NCBI GenBank assembly: GCA_001567355.1
Contig: JYNZ01000002.1
Span: 7,477 to 71,476, forward strand
Length of the DNA stretch: 64,000 nucleotides
Direction: 5' to 3'
DNA from: a candidate division WS6 bacterium OLB20
GTDB lineage: Bacteria > Patescibacteriota > Dojkabacteria > B142 > OLB20
The translations under genes were made by a program, and so were the position numbers. The stretch's first letter is position 1. Every line of letters starts with the position of its first letter. Under the pieces are notes generated by a model. That model saw only the letters and a program-made list of their open reading frames with translations, searched no databases and was not told the DNA's origin. Below are positions 29,132-39,408 of the stretch, in pieces.

Positions 29132-30094
29132 GATGGAAGAAAACAGATATGACGTACACCTTCATGCTGCTTCGCTTCTGACGCGCAACAGGGATGCATT
29201 CGAGTTGTTTATCAGTGAATATCAGGAGACTGCTGACAGGGTTTATGCGTCCATCGACTTTCAGCGATTAAGCGACCTGCCTGCACGGATGACAGATAAT
29301 TCTCCTGACTGGCGCAAATCTAACCAGCAGATAACTCGTCTGCAGAAAGCATATGAAGACCTGGTGACCTCAGCCAGGACCGGGGAACAGGAACGCATCG
29401 TAAATGATACGGGTGAATTTATTGCGCAAAGACTGCCGCAATGGCTGACTGAGAATGCATCGCTTGTTGCGTATCTTGACCGGGTTGCGGGATATGCTGA
29501 TATCGGTTATCCGGAATTATACGTGACTACCGTTAACCTGTTAAATAATGTCCCCGTCCGCGATGAGCACTATCTGGAAGACCTGCTGGCAGTGATCCGC
29601 AGGAACATATTACCCAGTCCTTGCAGATGGTGCTTGCTCTCAGTATGGAGCCGGATATGTTCGATATTCTGCAGGTTAATCCTGTTGCATACGGATTTGA
29701 AGATAAAGACCATCTGCTTGAAACAGCAACACTGTTCGGACGGTTACTGAGAATGAATGTCAGATCTGGCGGCAGGGATGTGCTTGAGCAGATAATGATG
29801 CATATGCCAAAAGAGCAGTTTGTCCATCCGAATATCGAGCTTGAGTCACGTAATGCAGTTATGCATTTTCTGATGTTTAATGCGGCAGTGACTGATCCTC
29901 AAAAACGATCGGAAGTAAGGGCACTGCTTAACATACCTGAGCCGGACGAAGACAGTGTCATCAGCAGACAAATGATTAGAGAGCAACTACACCAGAGCGA
30001 GACATCTGGTATAATTGAACTGAACATAGACCCTGAACACGTAGGCAGATTCTGGTCTTACTTTAATTATACGCACGAACTGTGCAAACGGTAA
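29132..30094 (+). CDS. hypothetical protein; frame break near 29598-29603
   Basis: ATG at 29132 is preceded by AGGTGAGG. The frame 3 product decays into Cys/Trp-rich junk after AVIRR. The sensible continuation (EHITQSLQMVLALSMEPD...) lies in frame 2 through 30094. Confidence 0.45.
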
Positions 30095-30098
30095 CAAA

Positions 30099-30320
30099 AT
30101 GGCAGGAGAAGCACCAACATTTCTGCAGATGATGTCAGAGAAGGGGTTAAGGTTGACCGGGAGACCGCACTACCTCGATAAATCTCTTGAGGCTCCCGCC
30201 GTTGATATAGCCAGTATTCTGACAGCCGAGCAACTCCGAGAGGAGGGGCTCTATGATTTAGATGCCGAAGTTCAAAACAGCAGTGCAGAAGTACCTGGTA
30301 CGAAATACCAGGAACCCTGA
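30099..30320 (+). CDS. hypothetical small acidic protein
   Basis: 73-aa ORF starting 5 nt after the upstream stop. Confidence 0.3.
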   Translation: MAGEAPTFLQMMSEKGLRLTGRPHYLDKSLEAPAVDIASILTAEQLREEGLYDLDAEVQNSSAEVPGTKYQEP

Positions 30321-30415
30321 AATCTGTAACAGGAGTTGACGTATTTACAACCTCGCAGGAGGTTGTTTTTATGCCTGTTGTTGTGATATATAATAAGTCT
30401 ATATGATAACTGATC

Positions 30416-31303
30416 ATGACTGGAGAGATCCCGGGAGATCATATCCCAGAAATTCCTGTATTTGCTGCTGATAACACTGTCCTGGCTGCAGAGACTGCAA
30501 AAAAATTTTCATCAGGTCTGATCGGTGTTGACCCTGAACGTGAGTCTGAGGCAGCGCAGATTCATGCATCAGCAGTCCTGTCCGAAGATTTCAGTCCGCG
30601 TTTTGAGGCTGTAACAAAAGAAACAGCACATCAGCTGCTGACATGGCTTGACGGTGTGCATGGCATCTCTCTTCATGCAAAGAACCACCTGCATGCTTTG
30701 GACAAACAATACAGACTCGAGTTCCTGATGCAGATGGCGCTGCGTGACTTTCTGGTGCAGCGCGTTACGAACGGAGTCGCACGTTCAAATTTTGCTCTTG
30801 AAATGGCTGCGGTGGATCGGTCACTGCCGCTTGCAGCGCAGGCATCGAAGCTCGTCTCTGAATTTGAATCCGATACCGGTTACTACAGCTCTGTTAGCAG
30901 GTCGGCAGGATCGTTCGAACGTGGAGCGGCAGCAGCTGTTGCCCTGGACTGGTATAAAAGAAACAAGGGTGATCTGGCCGAGATTGATACTGCCGTCAGC
31001 AAGGGAGCTGCTGACGCAAACATTGTTATCGGTGGTGGCGATGGAGGACCTGTCCGTAATGCAGACATTATAGTACTTGGAACTCTGTTCACGCTGAATG
31101 CTGCTCTTCCGTCAGCAAATGAAGAAGAACAAGCAAGAAGGACTCATGTTCTCAGCAGACTGGGAATCAATCCTGATCTGGTCTCGTTCTCTCCTTTAAG
31201 TGTAGATGCAGTGTATGGTACAATTCATCAGCAAAGATGGTATCAGGCCGGTTATAACCTGATCATGATGAATAATACACCACGTACATTGCTGGATAAA
31301 TGA
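30416..31303 (+). CDS. hypothetical protein, member D of a four-gene paralog array
   Basis: Shares YRLEFLMQMALRD and a C-terminal LSRLGINPD block with ORFs 31569, 32530 and 33478. Confidence 0.5.
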   Translation: MTGEIPGDHIPEIPVFAADNTVLAAETAKKFSSGLIGVDPERESEAAQIHASAVLSEDFSPRFEAVTKETAHQLLTWLDGVHGISLHAKNHLHALDKQYRLEFLMQMALRDFLVQRVTNGVARSNFALEMAAVDRSLPLAAQASKLVSEFESDTGYYSSVSRSAGSFERGAAAAVALDWYKRNKGDLAEIDTAVSKGAADANIVIGGGDGGPVRNADIIVLGTLFTLNAALPSANEEEQARRTHVLSRLGINPDLVSFSPLSVDAVYGTIHQQRWYQAGYNLIMMNNTPRTLLDK

Positions 31304-31488
31304 ACGAAACATTAGGATTTACAGGACAGATGATGACAGAACCGCTCCCGCAGGAACTGTTCCCCTTGTTTGCGACCGAGAATCGTCCTGATTACGATTA
31401 TGTCTGGAACCGGATTGCAGGCGAGCCAAAGCCAGACGCGCAAACCGAGACTCCCCCGTCCACAGAGAAATCTTCCCGCGAACCCTGA
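31300..31488 (+). CDS. hypothetical small protein (ATGA-coupled)
   Basis: 62-aa ORF overlapping the upstream stop. Confidence 0.3.
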   Translation: MNETLGFTGQMMTEPLPQELFPLFATENRPDYDYVWNRIAGEPKPDAQTETPPSTEKSSREP

Positions 31489-31568
31489 ACGCTGTTACAA
31501 ATATTACTCCGCTGCGTAATACCTGCTGTATGACTTCGGTGTGATTTTCTGTTTATTACACTGCCATT

Positions 31569-32420
31569 GTGGCCGAATACAGCGGTATGGAAGAACACGT
31601 CCTCAATCAGTCCGCATCGCCGGATGAACTGCGGTTGCGATTCTGTTCGCTTGGATACAGTTTTTCACCCACTCCGGACTTTCTTCGTCAGGCTGCGGGA
31701 TTGAATATGGTACAGCAGGGCTGTGCTGACAGGTTTTATGAATTTGCCGGTGCAGTCCTGCGCGGGTATACGGATATTCCTGCAGACAATGAACATACTG
31801 CCGGGCTTTCTGTCTGCCTCAGACTGCTGGACGAGAGAGATACACCTCTGTTCCGGCAGATGCAACCGCACGCAATGGTGGAGTATGCCGCCACAGCAGG
31901 AAGACGTCGCTGGTTTGACGGTATGGCTGCTGATCTGTTTGATTATGCAGACAGGTTCTATGATTTCAGACGAAAGAATAATCCCTATCCCGATCTGGGG
32001 CTGCAGCCAGCCGACTTCGGGATTATGGCTGCAGACCGATACCAGAGCTGGGGTTTTGCTGATGTGAACTCTGCGGTCCGGCTGATGGATACCGTGGCTG
32101 ATATATACGCCAATCCGGATTTCGTTGATCGTACAGCATACGAAATAGCAATGAGCAGCCCGATGCTGATAGAGCACGTCAACGGGTCTGTTACAAAACA
32201 TGGCCAAGCAGAGGCAATGGCAGGGTTGTTCAGGTTCCTGTACCTCAAGTCTGTTCTACCTGAGGATGCTGAAGCGTTTACACCATTTCTCGGGCTTCCA
32301 CGCAGACTTGCAGCGACCGACTATGGACTTCCTGTCGGTCAGATCGGTAAATATTTCACAGACTGGGACAGATCGTTTCTGAGAGATACTATTGTCCGGC
32401 GCACGCTCGTAAGTATTTAA
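31569..32420 (+). CDS. hypothetical protein, paralog array member A
   Basis: IPADNEHTAGLSVCLRLL and the C-terminal LGLPRR...GKYFTDWDRSFLRD are paralogous to the blocks in 32530..33441. Confidence 0.5.
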   Translation: MAEYSGMEEHVLNQSASPDELRLRFCSLGYSFSPTPDFLRQAAGLNMVQQGCADRFYEFAGAVLRGYTDIPADNEHTAGLSVCLRLLDERDTPLFRQMQPHAMVEYAATAGRRRWFDGMAADLFDYADRFYDFRRKNNPYPDLGLQPADFGIMAADRYQSWGFADVNSAVRLMDTVADIYANPDFVDRTAYEIAMSSPMLIEHVNGSVTKHGQAEAMAGLFRFLYLKSVLPEDAEAFTPFLGLPRRLAATDYGLPVGQIGKYFTDWDRSFLRDTIVRRTLVSI

Positions 32421-32529
32421 GAACGCTTTCAGATTTTTATGCAAAAGTTGATACAAACAATGGCACAGATTCGTAGAACTAAATACTGAACTTCGCTGTT
32501 GTATTTCATTTCTTAATACACCTGTTTTC

Positions 32530-33441
32530 ATGGTAACTGCCACGGTAACACCGCACGTCGATCACGATACAAGCCCGTTTACTGAGATAGTCTGTCGCAC
32601 TAAAGGTGTCGACAGTCCGCACTTTATCCTCCCACGGTCAGAATTTTTGAGCAGAACTGTACACAAGTATGAAGGCGTAGCAGGGCGGCACAGCAGGCAG
32701 GCTGCAGAATCCCTATATGCTGCACACCACAGTCCTCTTGACGGTGAGCCGGTTGTACCTGACGAGCATACTGTCGCCGCGCTGGCTTACTGGGAGAGCT
32801 GGCTGCTTGGAGGAACTCCGGTTCAGGGTGAGCTAAGCAGTATACTACCTGACAGGTATGCCGAGTACATTACAAAAATGGCTGCTCGAGATATGTTTGC
32901 TCAGCAGTCTGTTCGGCTGCAACAGCTTTTTTCGGCACTCGAGATGGGTAATGATATGCCCGAAATGGCACAGGATGCAATCGCGACGCTCAAACAGGAT
33001 TATGACGCATACGGGTTTGACAGTTTTAAGGACGCAATAGCTTTTGCGCGCCAGATGCGCTCTCTCAGAAACGCACCTGACTATGTCAATATTGTACGTC
33101 CTGCAGCAAAAAAGCAGATGCTTGCTGCTTATGACCCTGCGATTGTAGAACGTTATGGCCTGTCGGTATCCGATTCCGAAGTGGATGCCGGTTTCTTTGA
33201 CTTCTTTTATCTCAATGAGCTGTTCAAGCCGTATGCATTAAATGAGGATGGCGAGTTCGGCTGGGACGTTGCCATGCACAGACTTGGCATCCCGGTTGGT
33301 GCATCCAGACAGCTTCGGGCACAGGATGGTCAGATCCCCGATGTCTCACTTATCACCAGATATTTCACCGGCTGGAATAAGTCATTTATTCGCAATGAGC
33401 GCCAGTCGCAAGCGTTTCTGCGGCAGCAGGCCGTTGCCTGA
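32530..33441 (+). CDS. hypothetical protein, paralog array member B
   Basis: VPDEHTVAALAYWESWLL, YAEYITKMAARD, and the C-terminal LGIPVG...TRYFTGWNKSFIRN. Confidence 0.5.
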   Translation: MVTATVTPHVDHDTSPFTEIVCRTKGVDSPHFILPRSEFLSRTVHKYEGVAGRHSRQAAESLYAAHHSPLDGEPVVPDEHTVAALAYWESWLLGGTPVQGELSSILPDRYAEYITKMAARDMFAQQSVRLQQLFSALEMGNDMPEMAQDAIATLKQDYDAYGFDSFKDAIAFARQMRSLRNAPDYVNIVRPAAKKQMLAAYDPAIVERYGLSVSDSEVDAGFFDFFYLNELFKPYALNEDGEFGWDVAMHRLGIPVGASRQLRAQDGQIPDVSLITRYFTGWNKSFIRNERQSQAFLRQQAVA

Positions 33442-33477
33442 TTGTAACAATATGCCCCGGGATGAGTATTACTAACA

Positions 33478-34734
33478 ATGACAGAGGCGCTTGAGTTTAA
33501 CAATCTGCCTGAGGTTGTGATTCATCCTGACAGCATTTACGGGTGTTCATCACTCGATTTTTATAACAGGGTGGCGCTTGAGCGGGCTTCGCGGACTACG
33601 GTATGTACCGACGTTCAGCTGCAGGAGGCGCAACGGATGTATCTGATCGCCGATGACAGCACACTTCATCAGGGTGCCGGTGTTCCTGAAGACTACCACA
33701 AAGCACCTGCTGCTGATGATACAGGGGTTTATATGCAGCACCGGGGAACGTACGCAGGCATAGCACTGCTCAAAGACTGGTGGGCACGTGCGCCTGAGGA
33801 TGCAGAGCGTTTCAGTCGCGTCAGACCAGAGTTTCAGTTGAGCTATCTTGAGACGATGGCACGGCGTGACAAGCACATTCAGAATGTGACCATGGTATAT
33901 GCATACGGTGACATGCTGCGGATGGATAGTGCAGGAAGGGATCTGCAGGATGTGATCGATGAGGCCGATGCACTGAAACAAGAGTATCCTGCAGCTGCAT
34001 GGGTGCAGTCAAAGTATGCAGGACTTGGATTTACCGACGCTCTAACTGCAGGCAGGCTGTTTTCCGAATACAACGGAGTATATGGTCAGGATGCTCAGGT
34101 TCAGGCGGGTCTTGTTGTCCGGGATCTTCTTGGCCGCGGTGTCCTGGACAGCAATGATCATGATTTTATTGTCTCTGTCATGAACGGCTATACCGAGGAG
34201 CAACTTGCAGATCATGTTGATGCCATGAACGCCAGAAGCATGAGTGCAGTGACACTGCTGGCAATTGAGTCCGGTCTTCACGAGTGGGGGTTTGATTCTG
34301 TGTACGACTTCGCCGAGTTTACCGATGGAGCGTTCAGGCTGGAGCAGGATTCCTCCGCTGCGGCCAGGGGACAGATAGAACACTGGATGGCAGCATTTTC
34401 AGATACTCAGAGCGAAGATCCGCTGACATCGTTTCGCACCTATCAGTACCTGGCTTTTCTCGCTTCTAAACAGCCTGCACCGGATAATGCATGGGCTGAG
34501 ATGCTCAGGCGTCTGGGGATACCTACAGATACTCCCCGTGAACGGCCGCTTTCGATGTCCGGACGTATAACACAAAGAAGAATCGGAATGTTCTTTTCTC
34601 ATATGAACGAGACCTATTCACGTTTCGGCTACAAACGCAGTCATATGGAGCTGTTTTCAGAGATGCCACGGCTGTTCACGCGCAGAGGTCTGAAAAACGT
34701 TCTTACTGTACTCGCTGACAAGGCAATAGCCTAG
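33478..34734 (+). CDS. hypothetical protein, paralog array member C
   Basis: VPEDYHKA, QLSYLETMARRD, and the C-terminal RRLGIPTD block. Confidence 0.5.
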   Translation: MTEALEFNNLPEVVIHPDSIYGCSSLDFYNRVALERASRTTVCTDVQLQEAQRMYLIADDSTLHQGAGVPEDYHKAPAADDTGVYMQHRGTYAGIALLKDWWARAPEDAERFSRVRPEFQLSYLETMARRDKHIQNVTMVYAYGDMLRMDSAGRDLQDVIDEADALKQEYPAAAWVQSKYAGLGFTDALTAGRLFSEYNGVYGQDAQVQAGLVVRDLLGRGVLDSNDHDFIVSVMNGYTEEQLADHVDAMNARSMSAVTLLAIESGLHEWGFDSVYDFAEFTDGAFRLEQDSSAAARGQIEHWMAAFSDTQSEDPLTSFRTYQYLAFLASKQPAPDNAWAEMLRRLGIPTDTPRERPLSMSGRITQRRIGMFFSHMNETYSRFGYKRSHMELFSEMPRLFTRRGLKNVLTVLADKAIA

Positions 34735-34792
34735 TCTTGTATTTAATCCGTTGCCTGCTATAATTACCTACGCCGGACCTCGTCCGGATCAT

Positions 34793-34866
34793 TGCCGGGT
34801 CGTCTAAAGGTAGGACATTGGTTTCTGGCACCAAGAATCGGGGTTCGAATCCCTGCCCGGCAACCA
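34793..34866 (+). tRNA. tRNA-Gln (anticodon CTG), CCA encoded
   Basis: Acceptor TGCCGGG/CCCGGCA with the U1-A72 pair typical of tRNA-Gln, anticodon loop TTCTGGC, T-arm CGGGGTTCGAATCCCTG, discriminator A, CCA. A TATAAT box at 34759-64 and a short hairpin at 34773-87 lie upstream. Confidence 0.85.
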
Positions 34867-34942
34867 GACTGAAGCCACAGGCTCTGTTTTCCCTCCGTGT
34901 CTGAGATCGCGCTGCTAACGGGGATGGATTGATTCCAGGATG

Positions 34943-35926
34943 CTACCGTTGTTTGCGAAATGCATGCTCAAGGTAACCCGACAGCACCCGTTTATACGCT
35001 GCAGCCTGAGAAGCATCGCCTTCGGGACTTTCTGATACCCAGCGTCCGTATCCTGACAGGATGGATTTCGTTAATTGTGCCGCAGGACAGTGTCGTTCCA
35101 TCTTGCCACGGGTGACACTGAAACCTGATCTGTAAGTTACTTCGGTTACATCGCCGTCACCAAGCATGATTGATATTGCTCTGAGCAGAGGCTGCCTTGA
35201 GTGTGTACTATGTCTCAGTGACAGAATTGCATGGTACAGACTTGATTCACTGCTTCTGTCGGGAGCAGGAAATACCATCCGTAAGCGTGACATAAGATCA
35301 TCGAATGACTGTACAGGCCCGGAAAAACTCTTCGCAACCGACCTTCCAAGTTCAACAGGCATTGCCAGACCTGTTTCCAGGGGCAGTACAGGATTATCAT
35401 CTTCTTCAAAGAGCTCTTCATATCGTGGTCCGAGTGCTATGGCATAGCCGGTAAAATGCATTACTGCAGAGAAGAACCCATCATTCGCCCGTTCCAGATG
35501 CTCTGCAAACACATGTGTGGGATTCTCAGTCTGATAGCCATGCAATTGCGGTTTCAGCGTCTCGGCCAGTTTTACAGCCTCTTCGCGCTCCGGTTCATAT
35601 AACTCTAAATTGAGATGAAAGAATATGCTCTCCAGCAGGGAGGCATCTCCAAGCAGCTTGAGTTCCTGCGGCAGGAGATGAACAACCTGACCAACTTCAT
35701 TTGCAAGTGTATTCAGTCGTCTTGTGTTGACGTACGAGCAGTATGGATTATTGATGCTCTGATATCGGTCCGTATCCAGAAGTGCAGAAACGAGTCCGAT
35801 ATCGGTTACCTCAGGATCGGATTCTAATCCCGCACGTTTAAGATATTCAGCACGGGCCTCCCGATAACTCTGGGCTAATTTTCTCCCCGAAATGATTTTA
35901 TGAATCAGATACTCAAATGTATGCAT
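34943..35926 (-). CDS. hypothetical protein
   Basis: 327-aa ORF with no recognisable domain. Confidence 0.45.
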   Translation of the reverse strand: MHTFEYLIHKIISGRKLAQSYREARAEYLKRAGLESDPEVTDIGLVSALLDTDRYQSINNPYCSYVNTRRLNTLANEVGQVVHLLPQELKLLGDASLLESIFFHLNLELYEPEREEAVKLAETLKPQLHGYQTENPTHVFAEHLERANDGFFSAVMHFTGYAIALGPRYEELFEEDDNPVLPLETGLAMPVELGRSVAKSFSGPVQSFDDLMSRLRMVFPAPDRSSESSLYHAILSLRHSTHSRQPLLRAISIMLGDGDVTEVTYRSGFSVTRGKMERHCPAAQLTKSILSGYGRWVSESPEGDASQAAAYKRVLSGYLEHAFRKQR

Positions 35927-36006
35927 AGATACATTATATCATGTAGATATAATTGGACATACAGGGCTGCTGTGGTAGTATGATACGAATTATTTAACAA
36001 CTTCGT

Positions 36007-37074
36007 ATGGAAATCCTTGTCTCACTTATTGTCCTGGCTATCTGCTTTATCTATCTTGCGTGTATTGTTGATAATTACTTTCTGAAAAGTCTGGACAATA
36101 TTGCGGACTGGCTGAAACTGTCACCAAGTGTAGCGGGCGCGACACTGATGGCTATTGGTACGAGCGCCCCCGAACTCTCAACAGCTATGTTTGCGCTGTT
36201 TCTGCCGAACACAAATCCTGCTACCGGACTTGGAACCATTGTCGGATCTGCTCTGTTTCAGATACTGGTCGTCATCGGTTTTGCAAGTCTGGTGAAAACC
36301 AGTTACCTTAACTGGAAGCCCGTTGTGCGAGACGGGGTGTTCTATACCTTTTCAATAATTGCACTGGTGCTTGTACTGCTTGACGGCAATATCAGTGTTG
36401 TAGAAGGCGGAATCTTTCTTTCTCTGTACGTTCTGTACCTGCTTGTTCTGATTCTGTGGACAAAATATGTAAAAGAAAGCGATCCTGATCCGATTGAGCT
36501 GTTTGAAGAGGGTCTGGAAGAAGAGTCAAAAGGCAGTCCTGTCGCTGCTGTGATCGATCTGATGACGTTTCCGCTCAGACTGCTGCCTGATCCCTCTAAA
36601 AAAGAGAGAGCGACCATCCCCGTGTTTATTCTGTCTCTGGTCGGCATAGCCGGCATCAGTTACGTGCTTGTTATTTCTGCAGAAACGCTGGCTTCAGGGC
36701 TGGGTGTTCCTGCAGCAATCATTGCGTTGACAATCCTTGCGGGTGGAACAAGTGTACCCGAGCTGATCAGTTCTGCGATAGTAGCAAAACAGGGGCGGGG
36801 AGATATGGCGATCAGCAATGCAATCGGCAGTAACATCTTTGATATTCTTATCAGTCTCGGTCTACCCGTATTTATCTACACACTGATTAATGGTGATCTG
36901 GCAGCAACAGATACCGAAAATATCAACACATCCATCCTTCTTCTGTTTGCAACGATGATCATGGTTCTGCTGCTGCTTGCTTCGCAGCGTTTTAAGGCCG
37001 GCCGGCTCTTCGGACTGATACTGTGCGGTCTGTACGTTGTCTATGTGATTGCGGCATATGCCGGTCTGCTTTAG
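36007..37074 (+). CDS. Ca2+/Na+ antiporter (CaCA family, YrbG-like)
   Basis: Two alpha-repeat signatures, GTSAPELSTAM and GGTSVPELISSAIVAKQG, within 10 TM segments. Confidence 0.75.
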   Translation: MEILVSLIVLAICFIYLACIVDNYFLKSLDNIADWLKLSPSVAGATLMAIGTSAPELSTAMFALFLPNTNPATGLGTIVGSALFQILVVIGFASLVKTSYLNWKPVVRDGVFYTFSIIALVLVLLDGNISVVEGGIFLSLYVLYLLVLILWTKYVKESDPDPIELFEEGLEEESKGSPVAAVIDLMTFPLRLLPDPSKKERATIPVFILSLVGIAGISYVLVISAETLASGLGVPAAIIALTILAGGTSVPELISSAIVAKQGRGDMAISNAIGSNIFDILISLGLPVFIYTLINGDLAATDTENINTSILLLFATMIMVLLLLASQRFKAGRLFGLILCGLYVVYVIAAYAGLL

Positions 37075-37150
37075 CAGCTGACTTTCGACCTGTCAGGGCA
37101 GGAAAACGGGCTGGGGCAGAAAGACTCATATGTAGTGGGATCTCCGTTTT

Positions 37151-38362
37151 TTACCTTGAAACACCAGCCGCAACTGGGACATTCCGCTTCATCATCAAAG
37201 CCGGTCGCAGTGAGATCTCCATCCCCGGGCTGAATCCTGCATTACTGCCGTTCTGGCGGTTTGCGGCATATGAGAAGCCGCAACCCTTAAGCACAAAGTT
37301 AGCCTGCCGCATCATTGTGTCCTGATCGTCTCTGGATAATGAATCAAAAGAGTCAAGTGTGCAGGTCTCACCTTGCAGGGCTTTGATGTACTGTTCTATT
37401 CTGAACTGCTGGCGCATTATCGCTGCTGCAATCTCTTCCAGGGTTTCGATTTCGATCCATCCTTCGCGCGAAGAGGAGAGTCTGGCGGCTTCGGATTCAG
37501 CAATCGGCAGAATAGAATCGTAAACCTGTGACTGAACATCAAGTAGCATAAAATCCTGCAGCAGAGAGACTTTTTCAGGCGGCAGTGTCTTCAGTCTCTG
37601 TGTCGAAGCAAACTGACGCAGGCTGTCGATAAAGTCTTCGCTGACCCGACCCGAGGTACTCATTATCGCAATATCATCGAGGATCCCGGGCATGTTCTGC
37701 AGCGGGTCAGGCTCGCTACTGTATTCACAAACAGCGCTGCGTACAGGATCGGAAGCCAACTGCTGCAGAAGAGGACGGTAAGCCTCATAGCTGGCTGCAC
37801 CCTTGAACCAGAGCTGTTCAACATGTTCAGTGCCATTCTCAGACCGGTAAATAAGGATTGTATCGTTACCTTCGTAGCCTCTTGCATACGCCTGCTGTGT
37901 CATTTCGGGGCGCGGACTGAATTCAGCCATAGGGCCATTGTAGCCTGCTGCGCGGGCACGCTTGAGACGTTCGTAAAAGAGCCGGTTTTGTGTATTGCGC
38001 GGCTGCTCAAACTCAAAACCTTCCAGCTGTGCAGAAGAGTCGGTTTCTGCGAACAGGTCGTCAAGCAGACCGAACTGTGACTTCAGCGCCGGGCCGAGTG
38101 GAGTGTCGGTCCAGTGCAGACAATAGCTGTCTTTTCCGGTTGCTGAAGCGGTGTGGTGCTCCCGGACTGCACGAAACAGGTTACTGTGCGCCTCGGCACG
38201 CGCTGCTGCAATGGCCTCTGGTGTGCTGATGAGATATCCTTCTAGAAGTGTCGCCACATAATTGACGGCATTTGCAGCAATACCCGCATAACGGTCTTTT
38301 ACTGAACGGACGTAGTCACGTTCATAAATGGATATTGTTTCTGGAATGACTGCTTCGGTCAT
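37151..38362 (-). CDS. hypothetical protein
   Basis: 403-aa ORF with no recognisable domain. Confidence 0.45.
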   Translation of the reverse strand: MTEAVIPETISIYERDYVRSVKDRYAGIAANAVNYVATLLEGYLISTPEAIAAARAEAHSNLFRAVREHHTASATGKDSYCLHWTDTPLGPALKSQFGLLDDLFAETDSSAQLEGFEFEQPRNTQNRLFYERLKRARAAGYNGPMAEFSPRPEMTQQAYARGYEGNDTILIYRSENGTEHVEQLWFKGAASYEAYRPLLQQLASDPVRSAVCEYSSEPDPLQNMPGILDDIAIMSTSGRVSEDFIDSLRQFASTQRLKTLPPEKVSLLQDFMLLDVQSQVYDSILPIAESEAARLSSSREGWIEIETLEEIAAAIMRQQFRIEQYIKALQGETCTLDSFDSLSRDDQDTMMRQANFVLKGCGFSYAANRQNGSNAGFSPGMEISLRPALMMKRNVPVAAGVSR

Positions 38363-38547
38363 ACATCGCCCGAGTGTGGCGATGTACCTTTGTGGTGCAT
38401 GCCCTCTGCTCGGAGGTTAACAAATATGACTGCATGGTATCCGGACTTACCGGCACAAAATGTGCAGGATTACCGTTGCGGCACAGTGGAGGATTTTCAC
38501 CCCCTTCCCCATGCAATGCTGCCACTATACGGTAATTACTGTCAGAC

Positions 38548-39408
38548 GTGCAAGTGGTTGAGTATCGGCTGAAAACTATATACAATTACTGCAGTATGAA
38601 GGACGGACCATTCTCTAAATTTGTAGGTGCTGTAAAACATCAGGCTGCCAAAGTCAGCACAGCCGGGCTGCATCCTCGCTACATGTGGGATGCGTCAAGC
38701 GAAAGAATCCGGTACTGGATGCTCAACAGCATCTTCCCCGAGAACACACGGGGACACAATCTGCACAAAGCGATTGATCATGCACTTGAAAACGGAGAAT
38801 TTATCATGCAGATCGGTTGCGGGCGACATGGACAGGCGCTGCTTGACCTGAAAAAACTCGGAGCAGGTAATCTTATCGGAATGGATTTTCGGGTTCCGGC
38901 TGAAGATTACGAAGATATTGCATTTGTTGCAGCTGATCTCACAAAACGACTGCCGGTTGAGGATGATACATTCACGGGGCTGGTATTCGGTTCGTACCAT
39001 TTTCACTATATGAGTCCCGGCGAGCAGCTGCATCTGCTTACTGAGATTGACAGGATTACAGGTCCAGGCTCTCTCGGATTTCTGGGGCCGTTCTTCCCGC
39101 AGCATCTGCTTGAGGGACCCTTTGCTGATGCGTTTTCTGATTATAAAAATCCTGTGTACGGTTTTGTTAAGTCAAGAAGTGTCGGCGGACAGCGCTGGCG
39201 TCTATACCGCAGCCGTATCGCAAGTCTGTCAACATTTTCAGGAATAAAGACCAGTTCGCGGACGCGAAAAGGAGTGCGTATACCGCTTCTCAGTTTTTAC
39301 GATATGGGATTCCGTTCGCTGACAGGCAGGATGCTGGGTAATGCACGCATCAAACGTGATTATCGTCCGATCATCCCTAACGAGTACTTCATCACCTTTG
39401 AGAAGTAA
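38548..39408 (+). CDS. putative class I SAM-dependent methyltransferase-like protein
   Basis: Motif I-like IMQIGCGRHGQAL, plus an acidic motif II-like AADLTKRL...GLVFG. Confidence 0.4.
   Translation: MQVVEYRLKTIYNYCSMKDGPFSKFVGAVKHQAAKVSTAGLHPRYMWDASSERIRYWMLNSIFPENTRGHNLHKAIDHALENGEFIMQIGCGRHGQALLDLKKLGAGNLIGMDFRVPAEDYEDIAFVAADLTKRLPVEDDTFTGLVFGSYHFHYMSPGEQLHLLTEIDRITGPGSLGFLGPFFPQHLLEGPFADAFSDYKNPVYGFVKSRSVGGQRWRLYRSRIASLSTFSGIKTSSRTRKGVRIPLLSFYDMGFRSLTGRMLGNARIKRDYRPIIPNEYFITFEK

Noticed and set aside
34759-34787. TATAAT box plus 6-bp hairpin (CCGGAC-ctc-GTCCGG) upstream of tRNA-Gln as a distinct regulatory feature
   Set aside because: It is probably the tRNA promoter plus a minor stem or the terminator of the upstream gene. 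It is too short and ambiguous to annotate separately.
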